Program-made: the position numbers and the translations under genes
In this document: positions 25,953 through 35,210 of the stretch, piece by piece
How the letters are laid out: every line of letters begins with the position of its first letter
Position numbering within the stretch: the stretch's first letter is position 1
The notes under the pieces: generated by a model
Databases searched by the model: none
What the model was told of the DNA's origin: nothing
What the model saw: the letters and a program-made list of their open reading frames with translations, nothing else
Virus record (IMG/VR): IMGVR_UViG_3300032373_001152
Span: 1 to 48,124 of that record
From: a virus
Taxonomy: Duplodnaviria > Caudoviricetes
Direction: 5' to 3' (one strand)
DNA: 48,124 bases

Positions 25953-26999
25953 TTACGCCAGCCACGGAACGACGACCGCTTCGGCGGTGCCATACCAGGG
26001 GTTGGTGCCACCACCGGCGAGTTCCTTCGATCCGACGATCGTGCGAGCCGCCTGTTCGTTGGACGGACCGACGATCAGCTTGCGAGGGTTGACTCCCAGC
26101 GGCCGGTCATAGTCGCCTTTCATGCCGACCAGCGCCGCCCGGCCGGTCGCGTAATGGGCGGCATCCAGGACTTGTTGCGAGCCCCAGATGAATTGCCAGA
26201 AGCCGAAGCCGACGTTGTGTCGGGAATGTGTGCCGTAGCGAAATTCCCGCGAGATGAAGACATGTTCGTCGGTTGTTTGGGTCATCGCGATAAAGTCGGG
26301 CTTCTTGCGTTCCTGAAAGACGATCGGCTTGATGGCGCGGGTATCGTCGACCAGGAACCACGGCGCGGCGGCGCCGCCATCGGTGTTGGCGACCGAGATT
26401 GCTACGCCGTTGGCATCAAGCACCGGATGATCGATGTCGAAGAAGTACTGGCCGTCGTAACAGGTAGAGGCGAAGCCCAGCTTCAGAAGATCCCAGACCA
26501 GCTGATCAGGATGGGCGGCGATGGACCGGCCCATTTCGGAAAACAACGGCGAATAGACACCGTAATTGTCATCTTCAATGTCGTTTCGATCGACGCCGAC
26601 GGTCAGTTCAAAATCTTTGTTCTTGATCGTGTAGTCATGGGATATCACGTTCTGAACGACTCGGTCGCCAAGCCATTCGCGAACGTTCGGAACCTTCCCC
26701 ATCCAACCATATTGCTCGGATTTGGTAGTGCTGGGCACGACCATGGCGACCTGTTGATATTGCGGGGTAGCCTCGCCGAGGGCGTTTTGGAACGTCGCCT
26801 TATATCCCGTAAACAGGTTGGTCAGGTTGGCGCGGTTGACGATGATTCCGGCGCCCATAAACACAAGATCCGAATCGGGTGATGCCGCGAGGCCGTGAAA
26901 AGCTGTCTGGGCGTCGACGGGGATAGCCGCAAACACGGCCAGACAGGCGATGGCGAGGGTGGCGAAGGCGACCGTCGCAAAGATAGTGGACTTTTGCAT
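25953..26999 (-). CDS. Major capsid protein (Mu gpT) with a hydrophobic N-terminal extension
   Basis: YGWMGKVPNVREWLGDR, NKDFELTVGVDRNDIEDD, CYDGQYFFDIDHPV, GFGFWQ; ATG at 26999 has a GAGAG RBS. Confidence 0.93.
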   Translation of the reverse strand: MQKSTIFATVAFATLAIACLAVFAAIPVDAQTAFHGLAASPDSDLVFMGAGIIVNRANLTNLFTGYKATFQNALGEATPQYQQVAMVVPSTTKSEQYGWMGKVPNVREWLGDRVVQNVISHDYTIKNKDFELTVGVDRNDIEDDNYGVYSPLFSEMGRSIAAHPDQLVWDLLKLGFASTCYDGQYFFDIDHPVLDANGVAISVANTDGGAAAPWFLVDDTRAIKPIVFQERKKPDFIAMTQTTDEHVFISREFRYGTHSRHNVGFGFWQFIWGSQQVLDAAHYATGRAALVGMKGDYDRPLGVNPRKLIVGPSNEQAARTIVGSKELAGGGTNPWYGTAEAVVVPWLA

Positions 27000-27044
27000 A
27001 GCTTGGTTCTCTCTTTTAAAAAATGCGCGTAAAAGCAATTGCGG

Positions 27045-27455
27045 TTAGCCGACCTCGACCCAAACGCCCTGGGCATCGACGTTGATGACCTTGCCCGCCA
27101 CCGACCGGGTGGCCACGCCGTCGGTTTTAGCGACGGTCTGGTCATCGACGATGTAACAGCTGGCGCCGATATCGAGCGCCGCGATCAGATCGCCGGCCGC
27201 TGAGTTGGCGAAGCGGAAGACGCCGCGTTTGATCCGCGCGGTAACGGCGCCATCAATGCCACCGGTGTTGTCGACGGCTTCTTCGGCTCGACCGACGGCG
27301 GTCAACGTGGTGGCGACGGCACCCGGCGTTGCGAAGCCGGTGGCGCTGATGCAGACTAGAGCGCCGGCGTGGATGACGGCACCGGCGGCGACAGCGAGGT
27401 CGCGGATGACGCCGGTGATTTCAGGAGTGTTGCGGTCTTCGGTAAGGGCGGCCAT
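27045..27455 (-). CDS. Head decoration/cement-like protein
   Basis: ALTEDRNTP, CYIVDDQTV, RSVAG..GVWV; lies between protease and capsid. Confidence 0.7.
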   Translation of the reverse strand: MAALTEDRNTPEITGVIRDLAVAAGAVIHAGALVCISATGFATPGAVATTLTAVGRAEEAVDNTGGIDGAVTARIKRGVFRFANSAAGDLIAALDIGASCYIVDDQTVAKTDGVATRSVAGKVINVDAQGVWVEVG

Positions 27456-28510
27456 CAGGCAGTCTCCTCGTTCAGAATTTTAAGAAAGGCCTCTTCGGAA
27501 ATACCTTGCGCCGCGCACATGGCTTTTTGATCGGCATCGAGGGCAGACGTTTTGTCCGGGATTTCGCCGTCCAGGGCGGATCCGGGGGCGACGATGACCG
27601 GGGCGTTTTCGACGAAGGCCGCAAAACTCGCGGCGTCCTTGCTCGCCAGCGCCAGGGCCCAGTCCTTGTTGGCCGGGGTCACCTTGCCCGCCGCCATGGC
27701 TTTTTCGACGGCGGCGGTGGCGTCCTGGATGGCCAGCTTGTCCTGCAGGCCTTTGAGGCCGTCGGCGACTTCCTGGTATGTCGCCATGCTGACGAATTGG
27801 GCCGGGTCGGGTTCACCGGCGGCCGTCTTCGTTGTGGTTTCCTTGAGGCTGGCGATGGCGGTGGTGACATCGTCTGTCGTCGCGTCAGCGGCAAGGCTGA
27901 GCGCCGAACAGATCGCCGTGTGTGTGGTGTTGATGACGTCGCTGGCGGCGCTGGCCTTGGCCAGTTTATCCGCCGCCGCGATGATGGTTCCGGCATCGGC
28001 GTCTTCGGGTAGGCCGAGGGTCGCCGCCAGAGCCTTGAGCTCTTCCTTGTTCATGATGTGGTTTCCTGTTTCTGTTGCGTTGGCCAGCGCGGGAAGGTCT
28101 TCTATGGCCGGGTGATTGGTCAGGGCCGCGCGAATGATCCGCAGCACGTTGCCCGCTTTGTCGTGAAGAAATGTCGGACTGAAGTAGCGGTACTCTTTCG
28201 CCAGAAGATGAGACTTGGCCCGCTCGGTCCATTCGACCTGTCCCCAGACGCCGTCGGCGCGGGCTTCAATCTTTTTGATCCAGCCCGCCGCCGGTGCCGG
28301 TTGGCCGTTCTTAGCGGCATAGTCGGTCTGGTGTTCGTAATCGATGACCAGATCGATGTTGGTCGCACTGGCGTCGACCACGGCGGCCGGGTCGGCGTTT
28401 TGCCACCGCCGGCCGTCGGCCGCCAGGATCTCGCCAAGCGGTATCACTTTGATCCAATCGGGGATGCCAATCGGTAGAATGCTGGTGCAGGTTGCGACCA
28501 GAAAAGTCAT
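27455..28510 (-). CDS. Prohead protease/scaffold (Mu gpI)
   Basis: IDYEHQT, PAAGWI, VEWT, EYRYFSPTF, ALTNHPAI. Confidence 0.93.
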   Translation of the reverse strand: MTFLVATCTSILPIGIPDWIKVIPLGEILAADGRRWQNADPAAVVDASATNIDLVIDYEHQTDYAAKNGQPAPAAGWIKKIEARADGVWGQVEWTERAKSHLLAKEYRYFSPTFLHDKAGNVLRIIRAALTNHPAIEDLPALANATETGNHIMNKEELKALAATLGLPEDADAGTIIAAADKLAKASAASDVINTTHTAICSALSLAADATTDDVTTAIASLKETTTKTAAGEPDPAQFVSMATYQEVADGLKGLQDKLAIQDATAAVEKAMAAGKVTPANKDWALALASKDAASFAAFVENAPVIVAPGSALDGEIPDKTSALDADQKAMCAAQGISEEAFLKILNEETA

Positions 28511-28596
28511 ATTTTTCTCATGCTCTTTCTCACTCTGAATGTTGAGGCTTGCGTCTCAATGTTGGTGGTGGCAGCTTAGGAACAGCCGTCATGACA

Positions 28597-28624
28597 AACA
28601 CCCCGGACAGTTGTCCGGGGTGTT
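28597..28624. promoter_or_regulatory. Palindromic late-promoter activator site (upstream of gpI)
   Basis: AACACCCCGGACAGTTGTCCGGGGTGTT; near-identical core at 35740-35759. Confidence 0.65.
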
Positions 28625-28826
28625 GTTGTTGCCGCCCATGGCCGCCGCCGACGCCGAAGTGGCCCTGTCGCGCAGGCCTGAAAGGGCGCTGTCGATGCCA
28701 TTTAAGGGGGCATTTAACGGTCCAACGGATCAGGCCCCGGCCACCGTGCCTGCGAGGGGGACAAACGCGCTGGTGCGCAAAATTTCGCGGATGTGGATTT
28801 TTTGAATCAATGATGGTATAATGAAG

Positions 28827-28903
28827 GCGTTCCGAGGGAGTGGGCTTATCGCATCCAACGCTCGAAACGCAGACCCCGCCGATAGCCCGGCGGGGTTTTA
28901 CTT
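28827..28903 (+). ncRNA. Candidate small RNA convergent with muF
   Basis: Extended -10 TGGTATAAT at 28814-28822; stem GCGTTCCGAG/CTCGAAACGC; terminator hairpin 28873-28896 followed by a T-run. Confidence 0.45.
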
Positions 28904-30169
28904 TCTCCGCCAGGCCAGCAGGCCACCGCGCCATTGATTGAGGTATCGGTCCTGGGCTTCTTTTGAGTTTACGCCACGCGGCGCAAAAGATGTGATGCCG
29001 GTCCAGCCAGACTGTCCATGTTCAAAAACGGATAAGGCCGGGGCCTGGCCATCGCCTAAATCCCACCGCGCAATATGTCGCCGGCGCAACGACCAGGAAC
29101 CGGGCTTGCTCCTGAATTCTTCCCACATCCACCATATTTCATCGGGCTCCTTGATCGCTGCCGCCGTAAGCAGAAGAAATTTACCCCGGTTCTGCTTATT
29201 TGCCTTTGAGGTGCCGTCGGCGGCTTTAAAGAGATCCTCGGAAATCACCAACCGCTCGCCCGCCTTGTCGGTAAAATGGGTCGCCATGCCTGGCTTGGCG
29301 CCGAACTCTGCCAGGAACGCATTGATGTAGGCCTTGTCGCTGAGACCGTCGGGCAACAGTTTGGCCGGGGCCGGTCGCGGAGCGGGCAACGGGGGCAGAT
29401 CAACCCCCGGCGGAAATGTCCTTGGCAATCCGCCGGTTGGTGGCGGAGTGAAGGCACGATTCGGGGCAATGCCGACGTTGTAATCAAATCCGGCATCGAT
29501 GCCGACGGGCACGTCGTGGATCTCGCCGGTGCGCGGGTTGCCCCACTTGCGGGTCTGCACCGCCGGGTCAGGCGACAGCTTGTGGCCGAAACGCTGCAGG
29601 TCGCGTTTTGAAAGTTGCTGAACCGTGCAGCGACAGCGCCAGCCGTTCGGCGGGTAATGGGTCTTCCAAAACGCATGATCGACCGGTAATACGGTGCCGT
29701 GCCAGGCGCGATGTTGCGGTCGGGTGCGGCCATCCATCACGGCGACGTAGCGCAGATACGGTCTGCGGTCCTTGAGGCGCTGAATGCCTTGCCATTTTCC
29801 GGCCGCATAGGATGTCCGCATGTTGACATCGAAGATGGTCTGCAGGCGACGCGGCGATCCCAGTTGGACCTTGCGGAGTTCACCGCTCAGCGGATCGGCC
29901 ATTTCCTGTTTGCCCCACCAGCCCTTGGCCTGCAGGATCGGCGTCAGGTTTTTCTTAAACTGCCGTGGCGTCAGGCCGCCTTTGATGGCGGCGTCGACCG
30001 CGCCGCGAATGTCTTCAAGGATGTCGATCCGCATCGCCTTGGCGACGGTGAAGGCGCGCGCGTGTTCGTGTTGCCAGACGTCGCGCCAATCGAAACCGAT
30101 GGCGTAACCCTTTTTTTCGAAGTAGGCGATGGCTTCCTTGGGTGGAAGATTTTTGAACTCAATGGCCAT
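28898..30169 (-). CDS. MuF (gp30) head morphogenesis protein with a C-terminal PBECR2-like nuclease-fold extension
   Basis: RAFTVAK, YLRYVAVMDGRTRPQH, PPNGWRCRC; Pro-rich linker then FLAEFG..ISEDLF..IKEPDEIW..RRRHI. Confidence 0.88.
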   Translation of the reverse strand: MAIEFKNLPPKEAIAYFEKKGYAIGFDWRDVWQHEHARAFTVAKAMRIDILEDIRGAVDAAIKGGLTPRQFKKNLTPILQAKGWWGKQEMADPLSGELRKVQLGSPRRLQTIFDVNMRTSYAAGKWQGIQRLKDRRPYLRYVAVMDGRTRPQHRAWHGTVLPVDHAFWKTHYPPNGWRCRCTVQQLSKRDLQRFGHKLSPDPAVQTRKWGNPRTGEIHDVPVGIDAGFDYNVGIAPNRAFTPPPTGGLPRTFPPGVDLPPLPAPRPAPAKLLPDGLSDKAYINAFLAEFGAKPGMATHFTDKAGERLVISEDLFKAADGTSKANKQNRGKFLLLTAAAIKEPDEIWWMWEEFRSKPGSWSLRRRHIARWDLGDGQAPALSVFEHGQSGWTGITSFAPRGVNSKEAQDRYLNQWRGGLLAWRRK

Positions 30170-31727
30170 TGGGTCGGTCTTCCAGATCGGCCTCCACCTC
30201 GCCCGCGACGCGTGCGTTGAACAGCGCGCGGCCGAGCAGGTCAGCCATCCTGCCCTCGTCCATATGCGCCAGCGCCGATGCCAGGACGGCCTGTATTTCC
30301 TCGAACGTCGATGCGTCGTTCAAAGCCTTTTCAAGAGGCTTTAAGATCGGCTCGAAGGCACCGGCGATGTCGCCAGACGCCGCGAGCTCGGCCAGGAACG
30401 TCTCGACCGCATCCGGATTACCGGGGCCATGAGACGCCGCCATCGCCTTGGCGGGAACGGGCGGCAAGGTTGGGGTCGACACCTGCAGGATGTCGCCATC
30501 GTCTTCGGGCTCCTTCAGGTTCAATTTATTGCGGACCTGCTTCGCCGACACCCGCAGTCCCAGCGGAATCAGGGTGCCGAGCGAGTCGGTCATTTGTTTG
30601 AGATCGGTTTCATCGAGCCGGCCGATGCGGATTTTCGGATAGGCTTTTTGCGGACCCCGATTCAAATCGACGATCGGGCGCACGAGATCGCGATTGAGCG
30701 TCGCGCCAAGTTCCTTGGCGTCGGAACGCTCGATGTCGTCTTTGACACCATCGTGGACCTTGGCCGCGGCAAGTGAGCCGCCTTTGACTTCGGTGGTCAG
30801 GGTCTGGCCCAGCACCGCCTTGGAAACCTGCCGGTCGATCCAGTCGGCGAAGCGTTCAAACAAATCGATGTTGCCGCTGATCTTGGCCTCGATGAATTCA
30901 ATTTCCATGCCTTGCGGAATAATGCAGGCGGCGTCCGAGGCGATGTCCGAGACCGCGCGCAACAAGATCTCCTTTTCTTCTTTCGTCGCGTTCGGCGCAT
31001 ATTTGCCGAGCCGCAGCGGATGGCCGTAGCGTTCGGCGAAAATCACCCAGTCGCGCACCGTGAAGTTCTTGAACAAATAGCTCCAGGCGGCGACGCGGGC
31101 GAGGCCGCCACGGATCGGAATTCCCGACTTCGCCTTGGTGCGATGACGGATGAATTTGTAGGGCGTCAGCGGTTCCGGCCGGCCGCCTTCGCCGAGCAGC
31201 CGCAGGGTTGCGCCATCGGCACGGTCGAAACGGAACCAGCGCGGATCGCGCCACAGCAACTGGCGGGGAAGCCACGTCCGGCCAGACGTGTCCCACATGA
31301 TTTCGGTCACCGAATAGCCCTTGCCGACCGAATCCAGGATATCGAACAGTTCGTCTTCCAGTTCGTCGCGGGCCAGCCAGTCGCGGATCAGATCGGCGTT
31401 ATCCTGATCGGTCTTGGCATCGCTGGCGGCTTCGACGCTGATGTCCAACTGTGCGATCTGCCGCTTGCGGGTGCCGAGAACGCCGACATAGTGCAGATCT
31501 TTTTCCTCCATTTCCTCGGCCAGTTCCAGATAACGGGTCGCGTCGCCGCCTTCGGCCTCGCGCAGGATCGCCGCCAGCCGCACCGGCGTCAGTCCCTGGG
31601 CCGGGTGGCCGGAATGATACTGGCGAATGCCGCTAACGGTCGGCCCAGCCTGTTCCTTGACCAGATCCTGTCTGGCAATTGGCTGGTCCCATTGATCGAC
31701 GAGGCCCGTATAATTTTGGTCTGCCAT
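30159..31727 (-). CDS. Portal protein (Mu gp29, DUF935)
   Basis: EEMEEKDLH, FAERYGHPLRLGKY, SKAVLGQTLT. Confidence 0.93.
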   Translation of the reverse strand: MADQNYTGLVDQWDQPIARQDLVKEQAGPTVSGIRQYHSGHPAQGLTPVRLAAILREAEGGDATRYLELAEEMEEKDLHYVGVLGTRKRQIAQLDISVEAASDAKTDQDNADLIRDWLARDELEDELFDILDSVGKGYSVTEIMWDTSGRTWLPRQLLWRDPRWFRFDRADGATLRLLGEGGRPEPLTPYKFIRHRTKAKSGIPIRGGLARVAAWSYLFKNFTVRDWVIFAERYGHPLRLGKYAPNATKEEKEILLRAVSDIASDAACIIPQGMEIEFIEAKISGNIDLFERFADWIDRQVSKAVLGQTLTTEVKGGSLAAAKVHDGVKDDIERSDAKELGATLNRDLVRPIVDLNRGPQKAYPKIRIGRLDETDLKQMTDSLGTLIPLGLRVSAKQVRNKLNLKEPEDDGDILQVSTPTLPPVPAKAMAASHGPGNPDAVETFLAELAASGDIAGAFEPILKPLEKALNDASTFEEIQAVLASALAHMDEGRMADLLGRALFNARVAGEVEADLEDRPNGH

Positions 31728-33310
31728 CAGAAGGCTCCTTTCCTGAATGTTGAACGACCCGGCATGCCGTCGCGAGCATCCGCATCGCGCCCTCGCTCAA
31801 GCTCGCGAGCAGGGATGTAGCCATACTCGATGGTGTCCTGGCGGCTCGCGAAATGAGCCATCACACCGGCGATGGCGCTGTCGCCGTGGCGTTGCTTTTT
31901 GTCGGTCCCCTTGGTGCGGCCGCCTTCCGGAATCCGCGCGACGCCGCGATCCATGACGATGACGCGGTGGTCGGCCAGGGTGTCGGCGTCTTTCGGCAGG
32001 ATGATGGTGGCGTCTTCGAACGCCGCCTTATAAGGCGGCATGTTCTCGCGGTACCATTCGACGGTCAGCATGACCTGGAATATGCGGCCCGCGCCATACC
32101 GTTGCATGGCGCGTTCGGCCAGGTACTGGCCGTTGCCACGGGCGTCGAGCGCGCCCGCGGCGAAACGCGGCAGGCGGTCGCAGACATAATAGAAAATCTG
32201 TTCCTGTTGTTGGAACGGGATGTTGCGAAGTTCCACCGTAAACGGCGTCCGCCTGGTCAGATTTTGTTGCAGCACCAGCGGCCACAATACCGACAGGTCG
32301 CCGGAGCGTCCGAAATCCTCGCCAATGCAATGGCGCAATTTTGGATCGAGCTTTTCCAAAAGCGGTTGCAGGACCCGTTCGCAGAAGTCGCGGGCCTCGG
32401 CTGTACGCAAATGATCGGACAGCTCGGCGAAAGCGGTCGGCTGTTCCCAGCGGATGACCGGAATATCGGCTTCCATGCGGGCCTCGATCAGAGCGCCCGA
32501 AAGATAGGTGCCCGACCCTTCTGACGGGATACAAAACAATTCTTCGTCGGCGTCGTCGCCATAGAAATCGATAATGTTCTGACGCCACTCTTCTTTCGTT
32601 TCGACCGGCTGGCCCTTGGCCTCCAGGATCATCTTGACCCGGTCATAAAGGCCGTCGTTGATCGCGTCGTCAAAATCAGTGCGCAGCAAAGCGTACGGCT
32701 TGCGCTCGGCGCGGATATCCTGCACCAGAGTGTTGAAGGCGTTGGTGTCGCCGTCATGAGTTGAGATCACCAGCACCTTACCGCCCCAGACAAGAAACGC
32801 CATCGCCGCTTTCATCATGCCCGCCAAGTCGTCATGGAAGGCGGCCTCGTCGAAGATCACATAGCCCTGGCGTCCGCGCAGGGATCGCGGCTTGGAGGTC
32901 AGGGCCAGAATATCGAAGCCCGAGGCAAAGGTGATCCGGAAGGCCTTGATGTTCCGGTCGCCATCGCGGGCTGTGTCGGTGAATATCGTTTCCTCGATGT
33001 CGCCGGCGGCCATGTTAAAGGACTTGGCCCACATGGCGCAGGTGTCGATAAACTCACGCGCCATATCGAGGTTGTAGCCGATATACAGCGTATCCATGCC
33101 GCCGTCGCGACGCGATGTGACCGACGATAAAACCGCATCTGCACCAATTGCCCAGGTGACACCGATGCGTCGACTCTTTTCAACGACGATGACTTGATTG
33201 AGCGCTGTCGAGCGCAGCAGCTTCTTTTGATAATCGAGCAGCACGTCCAGGATGGTGTCGCCTTGGCCATGCAGGGCTTCAGGAAATGCTTGGGCGGCGT
33301 CCGGTGTCAT
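31727..33310 (-). CDS. Terminase large subunit (Mu gp28-like)
   Basis: EKSRRIGVTW, IFDEAAF, GEDFGRSGD, RHGDSAIA. Confidence 0.92.
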   Translation of the reverse strand: MTPDAAQAFPEALHGQGDTILDVLLDYQKKLLRSTALNQVIVVEKSRRIGVTWAIGADAVLSSVTSRRDGGMDTLYIGYNLDMAREFIDTCAMWAKSFNMAAGDIEETIFTDTARDGDRNIKAFRITFASGFDILALTSKPRSLRGRQGYVIFDEAAFHDDLAGMMKAAMAFLVWGGKVLVISTHDGDTNAFNTLVQDIRAERKPYALLRTDFDDAINDGLYDRVKMILEAKGQPVETKEEWRQNIIDFYGDDADEELFCIPSEGSGTYLSGALIEARMEADIPVIRWEQPTAFAELSDHLRTAEARDFCERVLQPLLEKLDPKLRHCIGEDFGRSGDLSVLWPLVLQQNLTRRTPFTVELRNIPFQQQEQIFYYVCDRLPRFAAGALDARGNGQYLAERAMQRYGAGRIFQVMLTVEWYRENMPPYKAAFEDATIILPKDADTLADHRVIVMDRGVARIPEGGRTKGTDKKQRHGDSAIAGVMAHFASRQDTIEYGYIPARELERGRDADARDGMPGRSTFRKGAF

Positions 33311-33885
33311 GACGCACCGTCGGCGCTGATGCCGAGGATCGCCGCCTTGATGCTTGCAACCGTGTCTTTGGTAAGGCCCGCCTGCTTGATGACGGCATCA
33401 ACGGCGATGGCGGCTTCGGCCTTGACCTTTTTCTCGGCGTCGGCGCGGATCGCCTGATCACGATCCAGATCGATCTTGTTGGCGCTGGCCATTTCCTTCA
33501 TCGCCTTGGCCAGGAAGAAGAAGTCGTTTGAGGCGAGACCGGTACCGCCGCCCTCGCCGTCGTCGGCCATCTGAGCCGCCAGATGATCGAACACCAGCGA
33601 GCGCAACACCTCGACCAGCAGGCGGCCTTGCTTGCCTTCGGTGATGTCGGGTCCCAGCTCCTTGACCAGGGCCTCGGTCATCGTTCTGGACTGGCGCAGC
33701 TTGGCGCCCATGGCATCTATTTTTTGAACATGGCGATGCAACGCCGAGCGGGAAATGTCATAACCCTTTTCGCCCAGCCATTCGAGCAGGCCGTTCAGGC
33801 TTAGCCGTCCGGCCGCGATCAATTGGTCGAGGGCCTTGCGGTCCTCTTCATCAAGACCCGTCTCAATGGTGCTTTTAACGCTCAT
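33307..33885 (-). CDS. Mu gp27-like protein (DUF3486; putative small terminase)
   Basis: GYDISRSALHRH; lies directly before the large terminase. Confidence 0.85.
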   Translation of the reverse strand: MSVKSTIETGLDEEDRKALDQLIAAGRLSLNGLLEWLGEKGYDISRSALHRHVQKIDAMGAKLRQSRTMTEALVKELGPDITEGKQGRLLVEVLRSLVFDHLAAQMADDGEGGGTGLASNDFFFLAKAMKEMASANKIDLDRDQAIRADAEKKVKAEAAIAVDAVIKQAGLTKDTVASIKAAILGISADGAS

Positions 33886-33897
33886 TCAAAGCCCCTT

Positions 33898-34200
33898 TTA
33901 TCGGCGGCTCGGACGCGCCACGCCGTCAATAATTTCCAGGCGATCCAGATGCAGCTCGCCGCGCCGGACAAGCTCGACAACCCAGATCGTGCCATCCGAT
34001 ATGCGTTCGATATCGATGGCCCGTTCGCGTTCCAGAAACTGCAAATCCTCGCGCATCTCGACGTCGTTCAGGTTATGGCCGTACGCCGACAGCGCCTTTT
34101 GCAAGACGCGTTCGTTCAGCGTACCGGCGCGGTCTTCGGCCAGCAGCCGCAAGACAACCAGACGCCGATCGGCTTTGAAGACATCGGTGACCGCATTCAT
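33898..34200 (-). CDS. Mu gp26-like winged-helix protein
   Basis: DRRLVVLRLL...IDGVARPS. Confidence 0.78.
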   Translation of the reverse strand: MNAVTDVFKADRRLVVLRLLAEDRAGTLNERVLQKALSAYGHNLNDVEMREDLQFLERERAIDIERISDGTIWVVELVRRGELHLDRLEIIDGVARPSRR

Positions 34201-34565
34201 GATGTGTGACCTTTCAATTGCGCCTCGACCAATAAATTGAGCGGCCGTTCGACCCGCTCCATGGATTCCTTAAAGCCAGCCAAACGCTCGTTGAGGACGC
34301 CGATTTCGCCATCCATCTTGGTCATCTGCTGCAAGGCGTTGTGGAAATCGTGCGATCCTGGCAGGGCATCGATCTTGGCTTCCAGGCTTAACGCGCGATG
34401 GTCCAAGTCTGTCAACCGGCCGGCGTGAACCTCCTTAAGGGCTTCGATCTCGCGCTTGTTGGCGCTCTGGCGGGTGACGATCCAGGTGTAGACTGCGTTG
34501 GCGACCATTCCCAACATCAAAATGAATTCCAGCCAGAACTTCGCGGCGTCGTAATTAACGCTCAT
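34197..34565 (-). CDS. DUF2730-like membrane-anchored coiled-coil protein (Mu gp25-like)
   Basis: N-terminal TM helix, IDALP motif, coiled coil; Mu gene order. Confidence 0.7.
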   Translation of the reverse strand: MSVNYDAAKFWLEFILMLGMVANAVYTWIVTRQSANKREIEALKEVHAGRLTDLDHRALSLEAKIDALPGSHDFHNALQQMTKMDGEIGVLNERLAGFKESMERVERPLNLLVEAQLKGHTS

Positions 34566-35209
34566 TGCTTGCCCCGCACCGCTTTGATGATCGCCGCCAG
34601 ATTGCCGCCGGCGGCGGCGACGGTGGCAGCCGCGCTATCCAGTGGACGCCCGGCTTGCATTTCATATTGCTGGGCCTTGTCGCGTTCGCGGCAACCCATG
34701 TATTTTTTGATGACGTCGGCCGACACCCAGAACGAGGCGATTAGCGGCCCCCAAATCATTTCCGAAACCGGCTTGGCGGCGGCGATCAGCGACCACAGCG
34801 ATTCCTTGACCGGAAACGACGCGCCCGCGAAATTATAGCCGGCGCGAACCAGCCATTCGATGACGGTCATGACGAACAACAGCCGGATCGCCCAGCAGAA
34901 TGTTTCAATCACCGACATGGCGCGCCTGGCGATCTCTGGCCGGGCGGTGGCGGCGACCTTGGCGGCGTCGCCTTCGGTCAGCTGCCTGAAGCGGTCGGTG
35001 TCCAGTTCCTGCAGGCGCTGACGGTAATAGAGCACGCCTTGGGTGATCGCGGCCCGCTGGCTTTCCGGCAGGGCGTCAACGTGGCTGGCCAGGTCTTCCG
35101 GCGTCACGTCAGTCGCGACCGGCTCGCCGGTGATACTTTCGACCAGCGACCGGCCCATGGATAAAACGGCCGGGGCAAATTTCAGGGCCGCGAGAAGAGT
35201 GGGTATCAT
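34562..35209 (-). CDS. Putative holin-like membrane protein
   Basis: Hydrophobic segments; follows the putative lysin in the lysis cassette. Confidence 0.5.
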   Translation of the reverse strand: MIPTLLAALKFAPAVLSMGRSLVESITGEPVATDVTPEDLASHVDALPESQRAAITQGVLYYRQRLQELDTDRFRQLTEGDAAKVAATARPEIARRAMSVIETFCWAIRLLFVMTVIEWLVRAGYNFAGASFPVKESLWSLIAAAKPVSEMIWGPLIASFWVSADVIKKYMGCRERDKAQQYEMQAGRPLDSAAATVAAAGGNLAAIIKAVRGKQ

Positions 35210-35210
35210 A

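Noticed and set aside
28530-28934. ORF as immunity protein for the MuF toxin domain
   Set aside because: Overlaps the muF end, has low-complexity Arg/Gly/Pro composition, and spans a palindrome, promoter and terminator; likely spurious
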